From NCBI GenBank assembly GCA_043797665.1, contig JAZDPL010000065.1, positions 1-64,000 on the forward strand: DNA of 64,000 bases. The letters run 5' to 3'. The stretch comes from Candidatus Omnitrophota bacterium. GTDB lineage: Bacteria > Ratteibacteria > UBA8468 > MWAK01. Within the stretch, counting starts at the first letter, position 1. Each line of letters begins with the position of its first letter. Below the pieces are notes generated by a model, which worked only from the letters and a program-made list of their open reading frames with translations, had not been told where the DNA came from and did no database searches. The translations under genes and the position numbers were made by a program. Positions 17,345 through 25,393 of the stretch are shown one piece after another.

Positions 17345-18428
17345 GAAATATCTCTTTATACACTTCCAGTGTTTTAGTTATCATTCGTTCCAGCGAAAAA
17401 TTTTCGAGAGCAGATTTTTTTGCTCGTTCCATAAGAGCCAGTTTCTCTTCCGGATGGGTTAAAAGGTATCGGATACCTTCCGCCAGACCTTTCGGGTCCT
17501 TTGCGGGTACAAAGATTTCCGCGGCGCCGGATTCAAAAGTGCCGGGGTTAAGTCCCTGCAAAGTGGTTACCACCGGAATACCCACAACCTGGGCTTCCGC
17601 TGCGGTTCTACCCGGCCAGTACGGTCCGTTCTCCGGTCCTGGTTCCGGAGATATATGCGGAGCTGCCAGAATGTCAAAAGATGGTAAGTAATCTACAGAT
17701 TTTCCGGTGACAAAGGAGACTTTTTCCTCTAAAGATAACCTTCGGGTAAAAACCCTCAGTTTTTTTTCTTCCGGACCTTCACCCACCAGAATAGCTTTCA
17801 AATTCGGGAAGTCTTTCTGCAAAAGGCCGAGAGCTTCTATGAGGTAACGATAGCCTTTTGCTTTAGATAGTCTTCCCACCGCACCGACCGTGAGACGGTC
17901 TCCCTTATTTTTGGTTGGAGAAGACAGGTTGAGAAAGGGAGTAAATCCAAAACCGTTGTATACCACCCGGACCTTTTCCGAAGAAGCGCCTAAAAATCTT
18001 ATCGCATAATCCTTGAGTCCTTCGCTCACCACGATGACCCGTTTCCCCTTGCCCATAATCCGGCTGTACCAGTGGCTGCGATGAAATCCGTGAACGCTGG
18101 TAACAAAGAGGCTTTCCGGGAAGGGTTTAGCGGCGAAGTAGGCAATCCAGGCAGGGAACCGGCTCCGGCAGTGTAGGATGTCGGGTTTTTCTTCGGCGAT
18201 GATTCTTCTTATCCGGCGTAAAGCCCGGCAAAAATTGGGGAGAGTTTTCCTCTCCATCGGTACCGGGTACCACTTGATTCCGGTTTCTTTCAGGCCGGGG
18301 ATATACTGACCCGGACCGGAGATGACCAGTACGTCGTGACCAAGTTCTTTGAACCCGCAGGCTAAGTCAAAGGTGCCTTGTTCCACACCCCCCAAATCCA
18401 TTCCCGGCACCAGAAAAGCAATTTTCAA
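17331..18428 (-). CDS. Glycosyltransferase family 4
   Basis: GGVEQG, VYNG, VGRLSKAKG and EA..GIPVV motifs; AAAGGAG RBS with TTG start. Confidence 0.88.
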   Translation of the reverse strand: MKIAFLVPGMDLGGVEQGTFDLACGFKELGHDVLVISGPGQYIPGLKETGIKWYPVPMERKTLPNFCRALRRIRRIIAEEKPDILHCRSRFPAWIAYFAAKPFPESLFVTSVHGFHRSHWYSRIMGKGKRVIVVSEGLKDYAIRFLGASSEKVRVVYNGFGFTPFLNLSSPTKNKGDRLTVGAVGRLSKAKGYRYLIEALGLLQKDFPNLKAILVGEGPEEKKLRVFTRRLSLEEKVSFVTGKSVDYLPSFDILAAPHISPEPGPENGPYWPGRTAAEAQVVGIPVVTTLQGLNPGTFESGAAEIFVPAKDPKGLAEGIRYLLTHPEEKLALMERAKKSALENFSLERMITKTLEVYKEIFLQTH

Positions 18429-18442
18429 TGGGTTTCTCCTTT

Positions 18443-18747
18443 AGGGGTTGCTAAACAATAAAATTGACTATTTGGAGTCCCAGATTTGAAGTCAGTGCAA
18501 GGCGCGACACGGGTCCCCTTGTCATAGGATTGACAAGGGAGGTTGCTGTGCCCACTGTGGCACATAACCGAGGAGCAACGCCGCAATGACCCAAAGATGG
18601 GATTCCCCGAAGGGCCAGGCCGCTTTTGGGCTGCGACTGCGTCGCTCATCGCTTGCGTAGCGCTGTGGATACGCAATCTTCTTCGCTCCTTGTCTCGCTC
18701 CAAAATCGCCTCTGGCAAATAGTTAATTTTATTGTTTAGCAACCCCT
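18443..18747. mobile_element. 305-bp MITE-like element with 32-bp terminal inverted repeats
   Basis: aggggttgctaaacaataaaattgactatttg (18443-18474) and caaatagttaattttattgtttagcaacccct (18716-18747) are 31/32 complementary; no transposase. Confidence 0.85.
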
Positions 18748-19400
18748 CTAAACCAGGCAAACATATCCCGGCGCAACTTTGCCATTTCTCCGTTGGGGGA
18801 ATAAAAAACTATTCCTTCCGCGGCATATCCTTCAAAGCCCAAAGATTCGTCCATCTTGATAGATTCGTTTGTGGGAATGGTCCTTCTCTTTAACAAACTC
18901 CACAATCCCTTAAACGCACTGCTAACCTCTTCAAAGATTTGTTCCTCTGTTTTGTCTTTCAAGAATGGGAGGATATCTTTCTGCCAGAACTTGTAGGTAT
19001 ACTTTACCTTGATAACGTCTAACGGTAACCACAAATGACCCTGAATTTTATAGGGATTCCCCTGGAGTTTTTCGCCGATAAGTTCCCCGAAATAGATGCC
19101 ATCCTCCCGGTCTTCCGAGAAGTGTCCTTTTTCAATCGCTTTCAAAATACCTTCAGCGAAATGGATTTTTCCGGACTGCCAGATGTTAATCAGGTTTAAC
19201 CGGTTTCGGATAGTACTGATATGTTTCCCGGTAATTTCAACCGAGACGTTCGTACCGTCCAACTTTTCCACTGCCTCACTCTCGGTAAATACCCAGCGGT
19301 ATCCCTCTTTGATTTTTGGGATACAAACATGTCTACCGTCAATTTCCTGACGCTCGAACGGTGCTTCCAATTTCGGCATATCATGATGAGGCAATCGCAT
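18729..19400 (-). CDS. ATP-dependent RNA ligase-like nucleotidyltransferase
   Basis: motif I EKLDGTN, motif III FGELIG, motif IV EGIVF, motif V MAKLR; 223 aa with no OB domain. Confidence 0.8.
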   Translation of the reverse strand: MRLPHHDMPKLEAPFERQEIDGRHVCIPKIKEGYRWVFTESEAVEKLDGTNVSVEITGKHISTIRNRLNLINIWQSGKIHFAEGILKAIEKGHFSEDREDGIYFGELIGEKLQGNPYKIQGHLWLPLDVIKVKYTYKFWQKDILPFLKDKTEEQIFEEVSSAFKGLWSLLKRRTIPTNESIKMDESLGFEGYAAEGIVFYSPNGEMAKLRRDMFAWFRGVAKQ

Positions 19401-19417
19401 CTTTACCCCCTTTTAAC

Positions 19418-19849
19418 TTATAACAACTTCTTTACAAAATTAATCGGGTCTATCACGGTCACTTCTTTAACCTTTGCAATTCCGGTATCCGCAGTACAGA
19501 TGTCGTGAATAGAGTTATTAAGCATCACCGCGATGTGGATGGCATCCCGGGGTTCAATAAATCTCCCGTAAATTTCTCCAAGGTGAACGGCTAATGAGAA
19601 ATCAGCGTGGGTAACCGGCAGGATATAGCCGGGCTTGATTATTTGTAATACATCTTTCAGAAGGTTTATTCCCTGGTCCGTGTCCCGGTGATAATGACGG
19701 TACCATATCTCCTGGAATATTTCGGTATCGGTATAGGGAATCACCTTGTTTTCCAGGACTGCTTCCAGTATCTTCAGGCAGGGGTCTTTATAAATATTAT
19801 CCCTTCCCTGGGCATACTCAAAGACGCAGGTATCCAAAAAGATGAGCAT
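19418..19849 (-). CDS. vapC: VapC-type PIN domain toxin
   Basis: IFLDTCVF, EIFQEI, RDAIHIA and ICTAD motifs. Confidence 0.9.
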   Translation of the reverse strand: MLIFLDTCVFEYAQGRDNIYKDPCLKILEAVLENKVIPYTDTEIFQEIWYRHYHRDTDQGINLLKDVLQIIKPGYILPVTHADFSLAVHLGEIYGRFIEPRDAIHIAVMLNNSIHDICTADTGIAKVKEVTVIDPINFVKKLL

Positions 19850-20101
19850 TTAAAGATTCCCTTTCTTGCCAACGATTCCCTGCGTTATTTCCTTTTTCAT
19901 TTCGGACCAGGCGGGAACTTTCCCCCGGCGGTCCGCAATCCGTTTCAAAGCCGCGATTTGTTTCTGGTTATTGATTCCCTGGACAAATTCTTTTTCTACC
20001 GCTTCCCTTACCAGAGCCGCGATGGAAACATCCCGTTCTTTAGATAAATTGTGCAATGTTTGATATTGTTCTTGAGTAATAATAACCTGTGTCCTGACCA
20101 T
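19850..20101 (-). CDS. RHH/CopG-type antitoxin
   Basis: MVRTQVII...L..LS....VSIAALVREAV; abuts vapC; AAGGAGG RBS. Confidence 0.85.
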   Translation of the reverse strand: MVRTQVIITQEQYQTLHNLSKERDVSIAALVREAVEKEFVQGINNQKQIAALKRIADRRGKVPAWSEMKKEITQGIVGKKGNL

Positions 20102-20116
20102 TATCTACCTCCTTAG

Positions 20117-20169
20117 GTTACATCATTATGTTACACATTATTATACCCCATAGTACTCTTCTTCGTCAA
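20117..20169 (-). promoter_or_regulatory. promoter and candidate operator of the vapB-vapC-ligase operon
   Basis: TTGACG-18 bp-TATAAT (20169-20140), followed by two TGTAAC direct repeats before the RBS. Confidence 0.6.
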
Positions 20170-20183
20170 CGTCTCAATCATTT

Positions 20184-20290
20184 TGTCATTCTGAGCGTAG
20201 TGAAGAATCTGACTTATCTGCGTTGTCATTCCCGCATGCTTGAAGCGGGAATCTATATCCCCTTACAGATTCAACTGTAAGGGTACCCGC
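20184..20290 (+). repeat. three adjacent repeats (families A, C and E)
   Basis: tgtcattctgagcgtagtgaagaatct; tgtcattcccgcatgcttgaagcgggaatcta; ccccttacagattcaactgtaagggtacccg. Confidence 0.85.
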
Positions 20291-20316
20291 CTTATTATCG
20301 GGTCTCATATTAAGAC

Positions 20317-20406
20317 TTATAGCAGATTTATCCGGATGCCGGCCTTTTGGTAGAGCAGAAAATGGGTATCGGAGGTATAGAAACCGGTGTCAACGCCGAC
20401 CAGCAT
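20317..20406 (-). pseudogene. internally deleted PIN/VapC toxin (29 aa)
   Basis: MLVGVDTGFYTSDTHFLLYQKAGIRINLL: a PIN N-terminal DT motif joined directly to the C-terminal TxD.hF motif. Confidence 0.7.
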
Positions 20407-20557
20407 CGTCCGCAGTCCTTTTCCGATGAACTTCTTCCCATGGTTCAAGGGAAACCTTAGCCAGAAGTGTGGGTACTGTTTCTTTCGCCTTTTCTTTTAC
20501 CTGGCGGAGGGGTTGAGTTTTTAATGTATCGAGTAGATAAACTGATATTTTGGACAT
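20390..20557 (-). CDS. Small antitoxin-like protein (55 aa), below the ORF-track cutoff
   Basis: AGGAGG RBS; MSKISVYLLDTLK... RHH-like start; overlaps the start of the PIN remnant. Confidence 0.55.
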   Translation of the reverse strand: MSKISVYLLDTLKTQPLRQVKEKAKETVPTLLAKVSLEPWEEVHRKRTADDAGRR

Positions 20558-20605
20558 TTATTAACCTCCTGTGTAAGGATATGGTAGCATAAAGATAAGC
20601 CTTCG

Positions 20606-21382
20606 TCATTTTATGAGCGAGGAGAGGGTGGAGGCAGGGTCCGGAGAGCGTAAAAGGATTTCGCCGATTAAGAAGGCAGAAGCGCCTAATTCCTTCAGGC
20701 GAATCAGGTCGTCTTTTTCTTTGAGACCGCTCTCTACCACCACGACCTTGTCTTTTGGTATCAGAGGTAAAATCCGGTAACTGGTTTTAATATCAACGGT
20801 CAGGGTCTTGAGGTCGCGGTTGTTGATGCCGATGACTTTAGCCCCGACAGAGAGCGCGATTTCCAGTTCAGACTCGTTATGGATTTCCACTAAGGGTGTC
20901 AAACCGAAGGAGAGGCTCAAGGAATATAGTTCCTGTAGACCTTTTTGGCTGTGGAGGGCAACGATTAAAAGGATTGCATCGGCGCCGCAGGCGTGGCTTT
21001 CGTAAATCTGATACGGCTCCAGGATAAACTCTTTTTGAATGACTGGAATGGTGACCGCTTTTTTTACTTCCGATAAGTCATTCAGATTTCCCCGGAAGAA
21101 GTCTTCTTCGGTCAGGACTGAAATGGCACACGCACCTGCCTTCTGATAACTCTGCGATAGAAGGGCAGGGGAGAGTCCTGGATTTAAAGAGCCGGCTGAG
21201 GGTGAGGCGCGTTTGATTTCGGCAATGATACGCAAAGGCAAAGGAGATACGGCGGTGAGCGCGTTAATAAAGTCACGGGGTTGAGATAAGCCGGAGATTT
21301 CTTCTTTAAGGAAACTTAGAGGTTTTTTCTCTTTTCTGGTGCGGACCCTGGCACGAACTGAAGAGATGATTTTTTCAAACAT
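20606..21382 (-). CDS. trpC: Indole-3-glycerol phosphate synthase
   Basis: IIAEIKRASPS, SVLTE, GINNRDL and ESG motifs. Confidence 0.95.
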   Translation of the reverse strand: MFEKIISSVRARVRTRKEKKPLSFLKEEISGLSQPRDFINALTAVSPLPLRIIAEIKRASPSAGSLNPGLSPALLSQSYQKAGACAISVLTEEDFFRGNLNDLSEVKKAVTIPVIQKEFILEPYQIYESHACGADAILLIVALHSQKGLQELYSLSLSFGLTPLVEIHNESELEIALSVGAKVIGINNRDLKTLTVDIKTSYRILPLIPKDKVVVVESGLKEKDDLIRLKELGASAFLIGEILLRSPDPASTLSSLIK

Positions 21383-22417
21383 TTAAATATCTATCATGGC
21401 TTTGATAACACCATCCCGGTATTCGGCTGCTAATTGTAAACCTTCCGTCACTCTTTCCAGAGGAAACCGGTAGCTTACCATACCTTTGGCATCTATTTTA
21501 CCGGATGCCATAAGGTTAATTACCTTTTCAGCAGCAAAAGCAGAACGTCGTACATTGAAAAAGGCGAGTTCTTTCCTTCGTGTCGAATAACTGGGGATCT
21601 GCCAGTAATCCTCAATGGGAATGCCGACAATTCCTACTTTGCCACCCAGTGCAGCAGTTCCTACTGCTTGAATCAAAGTCTCCAGTTGACCGGCAGATTC
21701 AAAGGTGACTTGGACCCCTTTACCTTTGGTCAGTCCAAGGATTTCTTTTACCGGGTCGCATTCTTTGGGGTCAAAAACATAGTCGGCACCGATGCGCTTG
21801 GCATAGGTTCTGCGTTCCGGAATTAAATCGCTGGCAAAGAGGGTAGAAGCACCAGCCAGTCTGGCACAGAGGAGGAGGGAAAGTCCAATGGGACCACAAC
21901 CAAAGATGGCTACTTTATCGTCTAATGCTATGGAGACAAGTCTTGTGGCATAAAGTCCGACCGCCAAAGGTTCGGAAAGCGCACCTTCTTCCAGGGTTAC
22001 ATTATCGGGCAGAGGAATAAGGTTTGCTGCGGGTATCACAAGATATTCCCGAAAGGCACCCTCAACCGGGGGAGTTCCCAAAAAACGTACTTTGAGACAG
22101 AGGTTTGGTTTGCCTGTCAAACAGACTTCGCACTTCCCGCAGGAGACACCCGGGTCGATTGCCACTTTTTGTCCGGTTAATAATCCTTTTACCTCCGGGC
22201 CTGTTTCTGCGACTATGCCAGCTGCTTCGTGGCCCACGATGAACGGAAAAGTAACCACCTGTTCACCGATGCGACCTTCCCGGAAATAGTGGACATCAGA
22301 GCCGCAGATGCCGACCTTTTTTACCCGTACCAGAACCTCGGCCGGACCGGGAACCGGTACCGGCGTTTCCTTAATCTCAATTTTTTCCTTTCCCACTAAA
22401 TAGGCTGCCTTCATCAT
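21383..22417 (-). CDS. Zn-dependent alcohol/polyol dehydrogenase
   Basis: GICGSD, GHE, CGKCEVC..NLC and GCGPIG motifs. Confidence 0.93.
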   Translation of the reverse strand: MMKAAYLVGKEKIEIKETPVPVPGPAEVLVRVKKVGICGSDVHYFREGRIGEQVVTFPFIVGHEAAGIVAETGPEVKGLLTGQKVAIDPGVSCGKCEVCLTGKPNLCLKVRFLGTPPVEGAFREYLVIPAANLIPLPDNVTLEEGALSEPLAVGLYATRLVSIALDDKVAIFGCGPIGLSLLLCARLAGASTLFASDLIPERRTYAKRIGADYVFDPKECDPVKEILGLTKGKGVQVTFESAGQLETLIQAVGTAALGGKVGIVGIPIEDYWQIPSYSTRRKELAFFNVRRSAFAAEKVINLMASGKIDAKGMVSYRFPLERVTEGLQLAAEYRDGVIKAMIDI

Positions 22418-22851
22418 TTTAATCCTGAAGAACCAAACCCCTTTTCGTTACGCTCGGTCTCCGGTAAGGAACTTTTTTCAATCAATTCCGCTTTCAGACA
22501 GGGTAAGAGAATTAACTGGGCGATGCGGTCACCGAACTTTATCTGGTGGGTTTTTTCACCTAAATTTATTAGCACAACCTTGACTTCACCGCGGTAGTTG
22601 CTGTCTATTACGCCAGCCAGGGTATGGATGCCAAAATTCAGAGCCAGGCCGCTGCGGTCCTTGATGATACCGACCACCCCTTCCGGCAGGGCGATACGCA
22701 GTCCGGTTCCTACCGCAGAGCGCTCGCCGGGTTTTAGAGTTACCTCTTCCGCAGAGCGCAGGTCTAATCCGGCATCTCCCTGACGTTGGTACTCCGGCAG
22801 TGCAATGTCTTTAATGTTTTCTTTCTTTACTAAAACCTGAACGGTAGGCAC
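22414..22851 (-). CDS. dut: dUTP diphosphatase
   Basis: DAGLDL, RSGLA, GVIDSNYRGE, DRIAQ and GFGSSG motifs. Confidence 0.96.
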   Translation of the reverse strand: MPTVQVLVKKENIKDIALPEYQRQGDAGLDLRSAEEVTLKPGERSAVGTGLRIALPEGVVGIIKDRSGLALNFGIHTLAGVIDSNYRGEVKVVLINLGEKTHQIKFGDRIAQLILLPCLKAELIEKSSLPETERNEKGFGSSGLK

Positions 22852-25009
22852 GATGGGTTAAATTAGGTTGACGCCGGCCGCCGCCACCGTTGATTTTACT
22901 CTGGTGGTCGGTTCGGCCTGGACGGGATTCATTTTCAGTACCGCCGGGCGGAGCCGGCAGAAGCGCTTTACGGCTCAGGTTTACCCGGTGCTGGTCGTCA
23001 ATACCGACAATCTTGATGTCTATTAAATCACCAACCTTGACCACTTCGTCCGGTTTGTTTATGTACCGGTGGTCAAGTTCGGAGACGTGGACCAGGCCTT
23101 CCTGCCCGGGCAGATATTCTACCATGGCACCGAACGGAAAGAGCCGGGTAACCTTGACCTGATTATAGACTTGTCCCACGATTGGCTCTTCAACCATTCC
23201 TTTGATGACACTAATCGCTTTCTGCTGGGCTGCTTCATCTTTGGCGATTATCTGGACTCCGCCGTCATCTTCTATTTCAATCTCCGCACCGGTATCCGCA
23301 ATGATTTTGCGGATGTTGCGGCCACCCGGTCCAATTACTGCGCCAATTTTTTCGGTCGGAATCTTGAAGGTAATAATTTTGGGTGCGTAACTGGATAGAG
23401 AAGGTCGATGCACCGGTAAGACCTGCGCCATTGTGTCCAATATCTGGCACCGGGCTTCCCGGCTCTGCTGGAAAGCCTGTCGGAGAACTTCCAGGGTAAT
23501 CTGTGTGGTTTTAACGTCCATCTGGATGGAGGTAATGCCTTCTTTTGTTCCGGCAATCTTCAGGTCTAAATCGCCGTAGTGGTCTTCTTCGCCGGCGATG
23601 TCGGTAAGGATTAGATAGTTGTTTTCATCTTTTAGAATTAGACCCAGAGCTACGCCGCCAGCCGCAGCGGTCATCGGAACACCGGCGTCCATTAAAGCCA
23701 GAGAGCCGGCGCACACGGTTGCCATGGAGGATGAACCGTGTGATTCTAAGATGTCCGAGACAACCCGGATGGTATAAGGGAACCCTTCTTCAGGAGGCAA
23801 CAGGTTTACCATCGCCTTTTCTGCCATCGCACCGTGACCGATTTCCCGTCGTCCCGGACCGCGCATCGGTTTCACTTCACCCACGCTGAAAGGCGGAAAG
23901 TTGTAGTGGAGAGTGAACCTTTTTTTAATTTCCTCTAATAATCCCTCAACCCGCTGTTCGTCAGACCAGGTGCCTAAGGTTACCAGAGCCAGAGCCTGGG
24001 TTTCGCCCCGCCGGAAGAGGGCTGAGCCGTGTACTCTGGGTAGGAGCCCGACCTCACAACTTATCGGTCTGACCTGGTCTGGTTTTCTGCCGTCCAGACG
24101 GGTCTTCGTTTCCAGGATATGTTTCCGTACCCGGATGCGCAGTTCCCGTTCGAAGGCTTCCTTAATATCTTTTTCCGGAACGGTTTCCGCCAGGCTGCTG
24201 CGCAGATCCTGTTTTATGCCGTCAAAAAAAGCAGACCTTTCAGTTTTGCCCGGGTAATTTGCAACCTGGCTGAACTTCTGGTCAAAAATCCGGGTAATGG
24301 CATCTTCCCATTCTGCCTTTTGTAGTTCGGGGACTTCTTCTTTGGGAACCGAGAAGTTTTCGCTGAAGAAACCGACTAATTTCTGAGCTTCCTGGATGCC
24401 GTATGCAATCGCAGCGAGGACTTTTTCTTCCGTTATGTTTTTGGCAATCCCTTCCATCATTACCAGAGATTTTGCGCCGGCTGCGACCACCAGGGAAAGG
24501 GTACTTTCTAATAACTGGGTATTGGTCGGATTAATAATAAGTTGGTCATTGACCATTCCCACCCGAACGGTCGCCACCGGTCCGGTTGAGGGAAAGGGAG
24601 AAAGGGAAAGACAGGCGGAAGCACCCAGAGATGCCAGTATGTCCGGGTCGATATCCGGGTCTGCGGAGAAGATAAACGAGGAGACCTGAATCTCGCGGTT
24701 GATACTTTTTGGTATGAGCGGTCTGATGGTCCGGTCAATGAGCCGGCAGGTGAGAATTTCCTTTTCCGTCGGTCTTCCTTCCCGTTTAAAGAACCCACCC
24801 GGGAATTTACCCGCGGCCGAGATATGTTCCCGGTACTCCACGGTCAACGGCAAAAAGTCCCAGGCAATTTCCAGGGGTTTGCCGAAGACGATGGTGGTTA
24901 AGACCATCGTGTCGCCTGAGCGGACCATTACACCGGCGGTCGCCTGTTGAGCAAAAGTTTCACTGTCAAAACTTATCTTACGTCCTCCAACTTCAATCTC
25001 CTGTTTCAT
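22811..25009 (-). CDS. pnp: Polyribonucleotide nucleotidyltransferase
   Basis: FLPLTVEY, RLIDR, HYNFPPFSVGE and RREIGHG motifs; KH and S1 domains; follows rpsO. Confidence 0.97.
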   Translation of the reverse strand: MKQEIEVGGRKISFDSETFAQQATAGVMVRSGDTMVLTTIVFGKPLEIAWDFLPLTVEYREHISAAGKFPGGFFKREGRPTEKEILTCRLIDRTIRPLIPKSINREIQVSSFIFSADPDIDPDILASLGASACLSLSPFPSTGPVATVRVGMVNDQLIINPTNTQLLESTLSLVVAAGAKSLVMMEGIAKNITEEKVLAAIAYGIQEAQKLVGFFSENFSVPKEEVPELQKAEWEDAITRIFDQKFSQVANYPGKTERSAFFDGIKQDLRSSLAETVPEKDIKEAFERELRIRVRKHILETKTRLDGRKPDQVRPISCEVGLLPRVHGSALFRRGETQALALVTLGTWSDEQRVEGLLEEIKKRFTLHYNFPPFSVGEVKPMRGPGRREIGHGAMAEKAMVNLLPPEEGFPYTIRVVSDILESHGSSSMATVCAGSLALMDAGVPMTAAAGGVALGLILKDENNYLILTDIAGEEDHYGDLDLKIAGTKEGITSIQMDVKTTQITLEVLRQAFQQSREARCQILDTMAQVLPVHRPSLSSYAPKIITFKIPTEKIGAVIGPGGRNIRKIIADTGAEIEIEDDGGVQIIAKDEAAQQKAISVIKGMVEEPIVGQVYNQVKVTRLFPFGAMVEYLPGQEGLVHVSELDHRYINKPDEVVKVGDLIDIKIVGIDDQHRVNLSRKALLPAPPGGTENESRPGRTDHQSKINGGGGRRQPNLTHRAYRSGFSKERKH

Positions 25010-25061
25010 TTTTCCTTTCGGTAAGTGTAAATTCGAATTGTGCTTTTGAATTGTACCCCAA

Positions 25062-25328
25062 CTATTTACGCAGGCCTAACTTGGAAATGACCGTCTCGTA
25101 CTTGGTAGGGTTTTTTACCTTTAGATAGTTCAGAAGGCGCCGGCGCCGGCCGATGATGATTAAAAGTCCCCGTCGGGAGTTATGGTCTTTTTTATGGTCC
25201 TTAAAGTGCTGCTCCAGACGGTTAATCCGTTCGGTTATCAGCGATATCTGGACTTCCGGACTGCCGGTGTCTTTAGTTCCCCGGCTGAAATCCTTGATTA
25301 CTCCTTTTTTTTCCTCTGCCGTCAACAT
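25062..25328 (-). CDS. rpsO: 30S ribosomal protein S15
   Basis: [20 protein letters not shown] and LGLRK motifs; start MLTAEE. Confidence 0.97.
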   Translation of the reverse strand: MLTAEEKKGVIKDFSRGTKDTGSPEVQISLITERINRLEQHFKDHKKDHNSRRGLLIIIGRRRRLLNYLKVKNPTKYETVISKLGLRK

Positions 25329-25345
25329 TTTACGATTCTTAAATA

Positions 25346-25375
25346 AATATACCACACCTTTCTTCCTGCTGTCAA
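25346..25375 (-). promoter_or_regulatory. rpsO-pnp promoter
   Basis: TTGACA-18 bp-(TG)TATATT. Confidence 0.6.
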
Positions 25376-25393
25376 TACGTACAGTAGAGTCGG

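Noticed and set aside
18425..18760. 111-aa ORF as a transposase
   Set aside because: It coincides with the MITE and has no DDE or HUH motif; it is a read-through of structured DNA.
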